64,000 bases of DNA from a virus (Duplodnaviria > Caudoviricetes), in the IMG/VR virus record IMGVR_UViG_3300037467_002055, positions 1-64,000 of that record; one strand, given 5' to 3'. Both the position numbers and the translations under genes were made by a program. This document shows positions 42,703 through 51,321 of the stretch, piece after piece. How positions within the stretch are numbered: the stretch's first letter is position 1; the number at the start of each line of letters is the position of its first letter. The notes under the pieces were generated by a model, which did not search any database, was not told where the DNA came from, and saw only the letters and a program-made list of their open reading frames with translations.

Positions 42703-44881
42703 AATTACCCTGTCCCACTTCCGCCAGCATATCGACCGAGAGTTTACTTTCGGTGATGGGATGAATGCGATTCGCGGTGATAATGAACAAGGCAAGACCA
42801 CGATTTTTGAGGCCTTCACCTATTTCTGCTTCGGCGTCGGCGCGCTGCGCGAGTCGCTCGAAGACGTCGTGACCTACCACCACCCGGTCAGCAAGCTGCG
42901 CGTCGACTGCGAGATCGAGCACCTGGGCGTGACGTACCGCGGCTACCGCGGCAAGTCCGGCGCCGAGGTCTCGTTCGGCAACGAGAAGGTCACCGGCCAG
43001 CGCGAGGTGACGAAGTTCTTCGAGAAGCTGTTCGGCACGTCAGCCGACATGGCCGGCAAGTTGATGTTCGCGTCGCAGAAATCGCTGGCCGAGTCGCTCA
43101 AGGCAGGCCCGACGGCCGCCGGCAAGATGATCGAGGACCTGGCCAACTTCGACCTGATCGACCGCGTGGCCGAAGCGATCGCGGCGCGGCGCCAGACCGG
43201 CAACACGGCCGGCGTCGAGGGCCGCATCGCGGCGCTGCAGGCGCAGCTGGTCGAGACGCCGCCTGAAGACCTTGCGCCGCTGCGCGCCGAGGTGGAGCAG
43301 GCCCAGGCTGCCGTGACGGGCGCCGAGCAGGGGCTGGCCGCGCTGCGCACTTCGCGCGCCGAGCTGGACGTCGAGCAGGCGCGCCAGATCGAACAGCGCA
43401 AGGTGCAGCTCGACCGCCTGATCGAGACGGCCACGGTCGAGATCGATGATATCGAACGCGCGCTGGCCGCGCCGGCAGTGGTAGGCCCGACCGAGAGGGA
43501 ACTTGCCGCCGCGCGCGCCGCCGTCGAGGAGGAGAAACTGTACAGCCGTGCGGCCGTGCTGCATGCCGAGCTGGTATGCGCGGACACGTCCGAGCAGTGG
43601 GACCAGAACTTGGCCTCGCTGGAAGCCGAGGTGACGAAGACGCAGGGTCGCGTCGAGATGGAAACGCAGACACTGAACAGCGTGACGCAGTCGATGACGG
43701 ATCTGGAGCGTCAGCACGCCGCGGCCATGCGCGACAGTGACGTAAAGATCGCTCAGCTGGAAGGGCGCCTGATCAAGGAATCGACCTGCGCGCTGTGCCA
43801 GAAAGATTTGGCCGACGTGCCGGAAGTGGTGCGCACGAACAGCGAGCTGCAGGCCCAAATCAACGCTGTCAGGGCGGCTGCGGTCACGGCAGCCGCCGCA
43901 GTGCGTGAGCGCCATGCTGAGCTGGAACGCGACCGACTGGCGGCCCGGGAGTCTTTGGCCGAGCAGCAGCAGTACCTCAAGGATCTGCAGGCCGTCATCG
44001 TCGCCAACGCCAAGGTCGAGCAGCTGTACGCGCGCGCCGCCGACTTCATCTCGGTCGACCGCAGCGTCGTGCCGGGCCGCTGGACGTGGACTGGCCCGGC
44101 GATCGCCGGCGAACGTCTGGACGTCGTTGGCGCGCTGGCGAGACTGGAGCGCGCCGCGCGCGCGGCGACGGCGGACGCTGCCATGCGCGCCGAGAAGCAG
44201 GCCCAGCGCGAGCGCATCAAAGTGCGCCGCGACGCTGACACCCTCGAGCGCGGCAGCCTGCAGCTGAAGGACGCGCTGGAGACGCTGGATATGGCTCAGC
44301 GCCTCGGCGCGGATATTCTCAGCGCCGAGCAAGCGCTTCGCCTGCAGCAGGCGACGTTGCAGCGCCTGCGGGCCGACCTGAACACGCGGGAAGCCCTTGC
44401 CGCCCAGGCTGCACGCCAGCTGGAGCAGACGCGCGCGCAGCTGGACGCCGCGCAGGCCGAGCTGGCCGCCATGCAGCGCTACAACCTCCTGATCAAGAAG
44501 GTGCGTGCGGCGCGCCCGGTCATCACGAACAAGCTGTGGAACATCGTGCTGGGCGGCGTCAGCAAGCACCTGTCCGAGATCCGCGACACGCCGTCGACGA
44601 TCACGCGCGCCGACGGCACGTTCAAGTGCAACGGCTTCCCGGTCTCCGGCCTGTCCGGCTCGGCCGAGGACATGCTGGGCCTGGCCATGCGCATCACGCT
44701 GACACGCACCTTTCTTCCAGGTGCGAACATGCTCCACCTGGATGAGCCGGGCGCAGCGTGCAGCGACGCGCGCGAGACACGCATGCTGGGCTTGCTGTCG
44801 AAGCTGGACTTCGGACAGATCATCATGATCAGCCATAACCCCTTGGTTGACGCCGTAGCTGATCGAATTATCACGGTGTGA
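42692..44881 (+). CDS. SbcC/Rad50-like ATPase
   Basis: G.NEQGKTT, long coiled coil, CALC zinc hook, LSGS, LHLDEP. Confidence 0.9.
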   Translation: MLRKITLSHFRQHIDREFTFGDGMNAIRGDNEQGKTTIFEAFTYFCFGVGALRESLEDVVTYHHPVSKLRVDCEIEHLGVTYRGYRGKSGAEVSFGNEKVTGQREVTKFFEKLFGTSADMAGKLMFASQKSLAESLKAGPTAAGKMIEDLANFDLIDRVAEAIAARRQTGNTAGVEGRIAALQAQLVETPPEDLAPLRAEVEQAQAAVTGAEQGLAALRTSRAELDVEQARQIEQRKVQLDRLIETATVEIDDIERALAAPAVVGPTERELAAARAAVEEEKLYSRAAVLHAELVCADTSEQWDQNLASLEAEVTKTQGRVEMETQTLNSVTQSMTDLERQHAAAMRDSDVKIAQLEGRLIKESTCALCQKDLADVPEVVRTNSELQAQINAVRAAAVTAAAAVRERHAELERDRLAARESLAEQQQYLKDLQAVIVANAKVEQLYARAADFISVDRSVVPGRWTWTGPAIAGERLDVVGALARLERAARAATADAAMRAEKQAQRERIKVRRDADTLERGSLQLKDALETLDMAQRLGADILSAEQALRLQQATLQRLRADLNTREALAAQAARQLEQTRAQLDAAQAELAAMQRYNLLIKKVRAARPVITNKLWNIVLGGVSKHLSEIRDTPSTITRADGTFKCNGFPVSGLSGSAEDMLGLAMRITLTRTFLPGANMLHLDEPGAACSDARETRMLGLLSKLDFGQIIMISHNPLVDAVADRIITV

Positions 44882-44883
44882 CT

Positions 44884-45393
44884 ATGAAAAGGATTACGCA
44901 CGATCGCCTACTGGAACTGCTCGAGTACAGTCTCGTATCCGGGCGCTTCTACTGGAAAGTGGCTCGAAATAATCGATACCCTGCTGGTCGGCGGGCAGGG
45001 TATCAAAACCCTGCATCCAGCGGAGGCAGATCAATGGCAATTTGCATTGACAGCCAGGCATACCGTGCCAGTCATCTGGCATGGTTTTATGTTACCGGGA
45101 CCTGGCCGATGGGCATTGTCGATCACAAGGATGGCGACCACACCAACCAGGCCTGGTTAAATCTGCGTGATACCGACTCGCAGATCAATGCGCAGAATCG
45201 CCGGCAGGCATCCACAGCAAATAAGTCATCGGGCCTTCTCGGTGTGTCTCAGGACTCCGACTCTGGGCGCTGGCGCGCTCGTATATGGGTTGACGGGAAG
45301 AACCGATCCGTCGGTACATTCAGCACTAGGGATGAGGCGCATCAAGCGTACCTCAAAGCCAAACGCAGCTTGCATCCGGGCTGCACAATTTAA
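44884..45393 (+). CDS. HNH-AP2 homing endonuclease
   Basis: VDHKDGD..N...NLR; GVS...GRWRARI.V.GK...VG.F.T..EA..AY (AP2). Confidence 0.9.
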   Translation: MKRITHDRLLELLEYSLVSGRFYWKVARNNRYPAGRRAGYQNPASSGGRSMAICIDSQAYRASHLAWFYVTGTWPMGIVDHKDGDHTNQAWLNLRDTDSQINAQNRRQASTANKSSGLLGVSQDSDSGRWRARIWVDGKNRSVGTFSTRDEAHQAYLKAKRSLHPGCTI

Positions 45394-45403
45394 GGAGAAG
45401 CAC

Positions 45404-45655
45404 ATGGACATCGTCCGACATCCCAAGACCAACCACAGTTTCGGCGCGCCCGCCGACATGCAGGACGGCAGCTGCGAATCGCTGCCGGTTGTCATCGCCA
45501 AGGACGAGTACGGCACCTGGGCCTGCTCGTACTGGAAGCCCAGCGGACAGGAACTGGAAGCCCTCAATGCCGGCGGCGCCATCCAGCTCGGTGTGCGCCT
45601 TGCCGATCATTCACACCCGGTCGTTTCGATGGGCGTCACGAGGGAGCCGGTATGA
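45404..45655 (+). CDS. conserved phage hypothetical protein
   Basis: AAGGAG RBS; SYWKP...EL..L..G..I.L...HP. Confidence 0.7.
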   Translation: MDIVRHPKTNHSFGAPADMQDGSCESLPVVIAKDEYGTWACSYWKPSGQELEALNAGGAIQLGVRLADHSHPVVSMGVTREPV

Positions 45656-45873
45656 CCGCCCCGGATCGCGATGGCTGGATCGAGCTGAACGCCTACTGCG
45701 AGAAGTACGGCGAGCGCAAGAACACGGTGCACAAGCGGGTGACCGACGGCTCGTGGCCGCGCGGCGTGCTCTACTCATCGCCGTCCGGCAGCGTGGCCTA
45801 TGTGCACGAGGCGCGCGCGGTCGAGTGGCTGCGCCAGCAGGGCAAGTTGCCGGAGTCAGAACAGGCGGCCTAA
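45652..45873 (+). CDS. excisionase-like winged-helix protein
   Basis: WIEL..YC...GE...TV.KR...G.W..G. Confidence 0.6.
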   Translation: MTAPDRDGWIELNAYCEKYGERKNTVHKRVTDGSWPRGVLYSSPSGSVAYVHEARAVEWLRQQGKLPESEQAA

Positions 45874-46647
45874 GCTGTTGGCGAATTCGTAAGGATCTTT
45901 CGAATTCTTCTTCAGGTTACAGGGTCCGCATGCGATGACCAGGTTGGTGACCCTGTGCTTGCCGCCCTTGGCAAGCGGTACATAGTGGTCGATGTGGTAG
46001 TTGTCTGGGCAGGCGGTATCGCACCAGTGGCAGAATTTAGGGGCTGCCGCGGCCCAGGCAGCGACCACGGCCGTGGTGTCGCCATCGGCCTCATGAGCAC
46101 GTCGACGTGCCTTATAGTTGATCGAAATTATCCGGCGTCTCTCTGGGTTTGCAGCGGCCCATTTTCGCGCTTTGGCAGAGGCAGTCTCTGGATCATACCG
46201 AGCGGCACGCTGCGCGCGTATCCGGTCCTTATTCTTTCCAGCCCAGGCACGCTTGGATGCAACCACGACAGGGTCGCGCTGCTTGTCGAGCGTGCATTGT
46301 ACGCACTGCTTGTTGCTGGTGTATCTGACTGCACTCTGGCACACGTCGCAGGCTTTACCTGTAAATGTTATCTCACCGGAGGCTTTTGCCAGTTGGCGGG
46401 GAGTGAGCGGCTTGGCCGGTTTTGGCGGCAAAGCCGCTTTCTTCTCCGCGTAGCGCGTACGGGCCCGCTCCCGATCTGCCTGCGTAGGTTTGACATCCCG
46501 CAGGCACTGCACGCATTGGGATGTAGACGTATAGCGGAAGTCGATGTGCCCTTTAGGGCATGGATTTCCTGTGAAGTACCTACCCAGCCCCTGCGCTAGA
46601 GCTGCAGCGCGGGTAACAGTACCTCTACTTCCGTTCAGGATAGTCAT
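45856..46647 (-). CDS. HNH homing endonuclease
   Basis: Duplicated A...G...FTG..C...RY.S..QCVQC module; CHWC..YHIDH.VPL.KGG.H...NLV.AC..CN..K. Confidence 0.85.
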   Translation of the reverse strand: MTILNGSRGTVTRAAALAQGLGRYFTGNPCPKGHIDFRYTSTSQCVQCLRDVKPTQADRERARTRYAEKKAALPPKPAKPLTPRQLAKASGEITFTGKACDVCQSAVRYTSNKQCVQCTLDKQRDPVVVASKRAWAGKNKDRIRAQRAARYDPETASAKARKWAAANPERRRIISINYKARRRAHEADGDTTAVVAAWAAAAPKFCHWCDTACPDNYHIDHYVPLAKGGKHRVTNLVIACGPCNLKKNSKDPYEFANSLGRLF

Positions 46648-47395
46648 CCATCACCTGTTTCAGAGGTATGAACCGCTCATCAAACTCTCCGTCGTCCACG
46701 TTTTCCAGCATGAGCACTCCGTGCCAATGCTTGTTACCCTGCGGTCCCAGGTACTGCTCTGGATGAAGATAGGCGCTCCCTGCGATGATGGCGGTAATCC
46801 GCTTCCCGTCGGCTCGATAAGCCTGCGCTATTTGCCGTCCTTGCTGATGGCCTGCAATGCAACTCTGGTGTTTCTTGTTGAGGATGGCCTGCGCCGTTGA
46901 TGCTGGCCTTCCCATTCCGCCTGTAATGAAGTAGTGGCTGAAGCAAATCCCCTCGATTACCACCACTTCAAGGAACGGGTGAACGGTCCAACCATAGTCA
47001 GCATATCCGAGATCTTCAAGCCCTATTGTGCCTTCCAGCATCGGCTCATCGTTCACAGTACGTGTGATACGGTGCTCGTGGTTCCCGTACAGGATGTCCA
47101 TCTTCGGCCGATACATCGCGTGCTTGCTGGCCAGCCTACGCAAATTGTACTCTCGCAGCGGCCCAAGCAGCAGCTGCATTCCTCGGTGCGCTGCCTCGAT
47201 GTCTGCACGGTATCGACGCCCTTCGAATGCGCCCTTGCCCTTATCAAACGAGCTCAAGGATTCGAGGTCCGCAAAATCGCCGAGATGCACGATGCGGTCT
47301 GGCTTTTCGGCCACAATCATACGGCCTATGCAGGCCAGATACGAGAGGTCAACGTTTGGTTTGACCTGGGAATCAGGAATGACAAGGATGCGCAT
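46625..47395 (-). CDS. calcineurin-like metallophosphoesterase
   Basis: IPDSQ, HLGDFAD, GNHE.R, GHQQG. Confidence 0.85.
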   Translation of the reverse strand: MRILVIPDSQVKPNVDLSYLACIGRMIVAEKPDRIVHLGDFADLESLSSFDKGKGAFEGRRYRADIEAAHRGMQLLLGPLREYNLRRLASKHAMYRPKMDILYGNHEHRITRTVNDEPMLEGTIGLEDLGYADYGWTVHPFLEVVVIEGICFSHYFITGGMGRPASTAQAILNKKHQSCIAGHQQGRQIAQAYRADGKRITAIIAGSAYLHPEQYLGPQGNKHWHGVLMLENVDDGEFDERFIPLKQVMDDYPERK

Positions 47396-47535
47396 TACTC
47401 TTCGTCCGGAAAAGAGATGTGGCCGTCGAGCACGGTGCCGATCAGGATCGGCACCACCTCGATGGTGCCGTCTTCCTGGATCTGCGGCTCAAGGACGTAC
47501 ATCTCCAGCGCGATACCAGTTTCCTGGATGGCCAT
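47395..47535 (-). CDS. small acidic hypothetical protein (not in ORF track)
   Basis: MAIQETG..FPDEE*, GGAG RBS, TAATG overlap with phosphoesterase. Confidence 0.55.
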   Translation of the reverse strand: MAIQETGIALEMYVLEPQIQEDGTIEVVPILIGTVLDGHISFPDEE

Positions 47536-48019
47536 TGAAGGTCTCCTGCTGGCGCGCGTAGAACTCGCGCCAGCCTAAAGCTTGTTCGCGCCAGGCTCGG
47601 CAGCTGGCGGCGTTGCTGATTTCGGCTTCGGCAAGTTCGGAAAACTGAACGCCGGAAGGTTCACGATCAGCAGAGGTGGCGGATCCAGCAGGATCCCCGG
47701 ACCAGCCGGCGCCGGCGATGCGCACGAAGCCAACAGGAATAGCAAACTCAGCATCCACAGCAGGTGGAATGAAACGCGGGATGTCAGCTTCAAGTTCTTT
47801 CTCCTGGACGTAAATTTTCTGGATGCGGTCCTTGTAGACGGTCTGGACCTGCGTCACGGTCTGCACCTCGCGCCTGACGACCGTGACGACCTTGGCCGCC
47901 TGCGCGGCGCTCTCGTGCCGCGCCTCGTGCAGGCTGCCGGCCGCGTAGCTGGCAGCTGCCAGCGCGGCGATCGCGCCCCAGCGCGCCCACCACGGCACGA
48001 CCATGTTCAGCAGGCTCAC
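47489..48019 (-). CDS. i-spanin (Rz-like)
   Basis: N-terminal TM helix, periplasmic helical region, IP.GFVR..D.EPSG; follows endolysin. Confidence 0.75.
   Translation of the reverse strand: MSLLNMVVPWWARWGAIAALAAASYAAGSLHEARHESAAQAAKVVTVVRREVQTVTQVQTVYKDRIQKIYVQEKELEADIPRFIPPAVDAEFAIPVGFVRIAGAGWSGDPAGSATSADREPSGVQFSELAEAEISNAASCRAWREQALGWREFYARQQETFNGHPGNWYRAGDVRP
47575..47793 (-). CDS. o-spanin (Rz1-like) lipoprotein embedded in Rz
   Basis: LLFLLASC lipobox, Pro-rich mature part, alternative frame inside Rz; start may be 47754. Confidence 0.7.
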   Translation of the reverse strand: MKLTSRVSFHLLWMLSLLFLLASCASPAPAGPGILLDPPPLLIVNLPAFSFPNLPKPKSATPPAAEPGANKL

Positions 48020-48108
48020 AGCACCCACCAAAAGACGACAGCGGCGATGGCGCCGGCAGCGGCGAGGCCCATGTGGGCACCAATCATGAAGCAGGCGAGG
48101 AGGCTCAT
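48016..48108 (-). CDS. 30-aa hydrophobic peptide
   Basis: MSLLACFMIG..AVVFWWVL; overlaps endolysin stop and Rz start. Confidence 0.45.
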   Translation of the reverse strand: MSLLACFMIGAHMGLAAAGAIAAVVFWWVL

Positions 48109-48743
48109 ACGAGGGCTTTCAAAACGTTGACGGTCAGGTCGTACCGGGCCTGCAGGCCAAGGTCGCCCCCATTCACACGGCCGCTGATGCGGTTGATTTC
48201 GACGTTGTCGGCCAGTTCGTTCAGGCCGTGCGCGCGCCAGAACCAGGCAAAAGCGGCAAGGCCGGTTTCCAGCTGCGCCACCTGGTCGGGGTAGGTCACG
48301 AGGTCCAGCCCCAGCGCGCGCCCGCACACCGCGTAGTTGTCGCGCCCGGTCAGCTGGCCCGGGCCACGGCCGCGGTAGCGCCAGCCGTCGCCCGACTCGA
48401 TCGAGCCATTGCCCATTCGGTTGGCATACGCCGTGTTGGCGATCATCTGCTGGTTGGCAGCCTTCAGCCCGTCGATGCGGCCGTACATGGCGGCCGTGGC
48501 CGGCGTGAAGCGGTTCGGCCAGATCTGGACCAGTGCCTGGGCCGTGTAGTTCAGGTTCTCGACCATCCGCGTGAAGCCCTGCGACTCGTGCAGCGCCTGA
48601 GCGATGAACGGGCCGGCGCGGTCGCGCGTGTTGATCTCGAACTTCGGCATGGTTTTGTTCAGCGCGGCGGCGACATCGATCGCCGTGGCCGGGCCCATGG
48701 TGCGCCAGACGCGCTGCAGCTGGTCAGGCGTTACCGGATTCAT
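48105..48743 (-). CDS. endolysin, glycoside hydrolase family 19
   Basis: FIAQ..HES..F..M.ENLNY, GDGWRYRGRG..QLTGR.NY, VNGG..GL..R. Confidence 0.9.
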   Translation of the reverse strand: MNPVTPDQLQRVWRTMGPATAIDVAAALNKTMPKFEINTRDRAGPFIAQALHESQGFTRMVENLNYTAQALVQIWPNRFTPATAAMYGRIDGLKAANQQMIANTAYANRMGNGSIESGDGWRYRGRGPGQLTGRDNYAVCGRALGLDLVTYPDQVAQLETGLAAFAWFWRAHGLNELADNVEINRISGRVNGGDLGLQARYDLTVNVLKALV

Positions 48744-48987
48744 TGGCGGCCTTCACGAGGCGGTAGGTGTTGATGATGCTCAACACCATGCCGGCGACAA
48801 CCACCGCGCCGCCCATGAACTTGTAGATGTTCTCGGGCAGATACGGCTGCAGCGACGGCAGGTTGTCGGCGACAACCTTCTTGATTTCCGGGGCGTACGG
48901 CAGGGCCAGCAGCAGGGCCGCGCTGATCGATGTGCGCCACTTGCGCACTTCGACGATAGCGGCGGCTTTCAGATGTTGGAAATTCAT
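48724..48987 (-). CDS. holin/antiholin-like membrane protein
   Basis: Two hydrophobic segments; between holin and endolysin. Confidence 0.6.
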   Translation of the reverse strand: MNFQHLKAAAIVEVRKWRTSISAALLLALPYAPEIKKVVADNLPSLQPYLPENIYKFMGGAVVVAGMVLSIINTYRLVKAANESGNA

Positions 48988-49220
48988 TTGCTTGCTTCCT
49001 TTCTGGCGCGGCGGCGCGCCAACCAGTCCTGCACGGTTTTCGTTTCGTACAGCCGGATGCAGGTCCAGATGAACGTCAACACGATGGTCATGTTCGGCAG
49101 CCACCCGAGCAGCGTGGCTGCAAGGACAAGCAGCGAAGTGTTGTCGAGGTCCTTCTTCAGGGAAGGTTCAATCGCGTGCCAGGCGCTGAGCCAGGAGTGC
49201 TTGAGTTCTACCAGGCTCAT
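48984..49220 (-). CDS. holin
   Basis: D..S....ATLLGWLP......TFIW..IR.YET.TV; basic C-terminus. Confidence 0.7.
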   Translation of the reverse strand: MSLVELKHSWLSAWHAIEPSLKKDLDNTSLLVLAATLLGWLPNMTIVLTFIWTCIRLYETKTVQDWLARRRARKEASK

Positions 49221-49247
49221 GTATGCCTCGAAAAGTTGATTAAGGGA

Positions 49248-49276
49248 ATTTTATATATTGCCCGCAGGATAGTCCA
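49248..49276 (-). promoter_or_regulatory. sigma70-like promoter of the lysis cassette
   Basis: TGGACT-17 nt-TAAAAT on the minus strand in an AT-rich gap. Confidence 0.6.
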
Positions 49277-49286
49277 GCGATTGTGA

Positions 49287-49820
49287 TCAATATCCCACAG
49301 GAAACTTAAATTGCAGCTCAGCGCATAAGTCGCCGGGCGACAGGGTGCGGTCATGCTCCAGCCACGCGTGCGGCGGCTCCCGGCCGTCCAGCAGCATGCG
49401 TGCCGCCGCCATCTCGTAGATCTCGATCGAGCCGCCGGAACACACGATCATGCAGCGCCAGTGCACGAATCGGCGGATGCCGAGGGCATCCTTCAGGCCG
49501 ATCAGCACGAAGGCGGCGTAGCCGTAGCTGATCGGCGTGGCCAGCCAGTCGAACACCGACTCCTCGATGAGCGCGCGGTCAAGTCCCGCCGGCGGCGCGA
49601 ACACGTCGAACTTGCTCAGGCAGGACACTGCAGTCAGATGGTTGCGCCCGCTGTTCAGGTCGGCCATGAACAGCCTCTGGCCGAGCCACACCGCTACGCC
49701 GGTGTGCGTGTAGGGCGAGCGGGTGAAGAAGGTCGTCGCCCGGCCCAGCAGGCCGTGCTGGTCACGCACGCCAATCAGATCTCCGGTCTGCACCTTGCTG
49801 CGCACCGCGGCGTAATCCAT
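49287..49820 (-). CDS. permuted papain-like (NlpC/P60) amidase
   Basis: TGDLI, SPYTH.GV, YGY, VCS (His before Cys). Confidence 0.7.
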   Translation of the reverse strand: MDYAAVRSKVQTGDLIGVRDQHGLLGRATTFFTRSPYTHTGVAVWLGQRLFMADLNSGRNHLTAVSCLSKFDVFAPPAGLDRALIEESVFDWLATPISYGYAAFVLIGLKDALGIRRFVHWRCMIVCSGGSIEIYEMAAARMLLDGREPPHAWLEHDRTLSPGDLCAELQFKFPVGY

Positions 49821-49828
49821 GCTGCCTC

Positions 49829-51238
49829 CTAGATGGACTCGATCTCAAGCGTGGCCGCGCCGAGATTGAAATAGGGAAGTGACATTTCCGGCAGTTCCTG
49901 GAACAGGCCGTATGCCTGATGCCGCGCCTCCAGCGCAAGGTCGGAGCTGCCCGGGAACATGCTGGCGAAGACCGGGTAATGCGTGCCGCAGGCCAGCATG
50001 GCGTTCCACAGGGTGGTCTGGTCAGTCGGCCCGAGTTTGGACATCGGGATCTTCAGGCGCCGGCTGACCGTGCCAAGGTCCGTGATCTGGTCGCCGGCGT
50101 CGTTGCGGGTGCTCTTGCTGGTGTCGGCCAGCTGCGCGCTGGCGCCATAGTCGAAGTTGGTCGAGGCCTCCCAATAGGCGCCCGCCACCAGCGCGGCGGC
50201 CTCGAGATATCCCTGCAGATTGTTCGTATCGACGATGTCGAGCCGCAGACCATAAGCCGGCACGGCAGCCGGGAGCCACGCGCGCGCGCACGCGCCGCCA
50301 CCAAAAGCGTAGGCGCTGGCACCGGCCGCCGCGGTCCAGCGGCGCGGCGTCACGGTCGGCGCCGGGCAGGCCAGCACAGCGCCGCTGTCGTAGGCATAGG
50401 ACTGCCAGGCGTCGATATAGCCGGTTGGCCGTGTCGCCGGGGCTGAGGTTGTGGGGTAGTAGGAAGTCGCGTACCCCTGCTCTACCTGGCAACCCCAGGC
50501 GTAGAGCCAGCTGTTGCCATCTCCAGTGTAGGTGCCGGCTGTCGCGGTCGCCTTCATGCCGAGGTAGCAGGTCGCCGAAGCTGTGGCGGTCGCCTGCGCT
50601 GTTACGGAACAGCGGTACCATCCGGGCATGCCGGGAACAGGCGTAATCCCGTAAGTAAAAGGTGCGCCGACTACGAGAGCAACCGACCCACTGGAGAGGT
50701 CGAAAATCGCGTACTGCGACGTGCCGAACGCGGCGGACGGGAGGCCGACATACCCGAATTGCCGGGTGCCAGCCTTCATGAACACGGAGATCGTGTAGTA
50801 GTTTCCGGTGGTGAATGAGACCTGGGACGACCTGATTTCATGCGCCGAGTTAGCTGTGGTGTCCTGAAGATAGACGGCGGAATTCGTACCGTCCGGCGCC
50901 GGGGTGCCGGATGTCACGGTAACGGCGGTCTGCGACCAGCCGCTCGTGTTCTCCATCTGCTGGGAGTACGTTATCAGATTGGCATTTGCCGTCTCGCTGG
51001 ATAGCCGCACGCGCATGGTTGCCGTTGGCGACCAGTTGCAGAAGGGGAGCACGACGGCCTGGATCGACTCTGCCGCCGCCCACGCGGCCGAGACGGCTGC
51101 GCTCAGGCCGGTGGCGCGCCACGTGTCCGACTTGCGCACCGCCTGCAGATTGGTCACGCCAAAGTTGGCGGCCGTGTTTGTGGCCGACAGCGAGGCGCGA
51201 TCGATGGCGTTGTCGGCGATGATTCGAAGATTGGGCAT
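49829..51238 (-). CDS. tail protein (Dit-like) with inserted carbohydrate-binding-like domain
   Basis: MPNLRII.DNA.DR / G.YWE..N..YGA / R..AGD..TD scaffold; insert NLITYSQ..APDG..YT.SV.MKAG..WG.QVEQG..TSYYPT. Confidence 0.6.
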   Translation of the reverse strand: MPNLRIIADNAIDRASLSATNTAANFGVTNLQAVRKSDTWRATGLSAAVSAAWAAAESIQAVVLPFCNWSPTATMRVRLSSETANANLITYSQQMENTSGWSQTAVTVTSGTPAPDGTNSAVYLQDTTANSAHEIRSSQVSFTTGNYYTISVFMKAGTRQFGYVGLPSAAFGTSQYAIFDLSSGSVALVVGAPFTYGITPVPGMPGWYRCSVTAQATATASATCYLGMKATATAGTYTGDGNSWLYAWGCQVEQGYATSYYPTTSAPATRPTGYIDAWQSYAYDSGAVLACPAPTVTPRRWTAAAGASAYAFGGGACARAWLPAAVPAYGLRLDIVDTNNLQGYLEAAALVAGAYWEASTNFDYGASAQLADTSKSTRNDAGDQITDLGTVSRRLKIPMSKLGPTDQTTLWNAMLACGTHYPVFASMFPGSSDLALEARHQAYGLFQELPEMSLPYFNLGAATLEIESI

Positions 51239-51321
51239 GGGAGTTCCGGCAGGAAATTTCCTCCAGAAAATACCACAATCTTCGCTATTTTCCTACGGGC
51301 TACATAGGCCATCCACCATGC

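Noticed and set aside
46640-46672. Possible RBS hairpin before the minus-strand HNH gene
   Set aside because: Only ~9 bp with a bulge and a G-U pair inside coding sequence; could be chance
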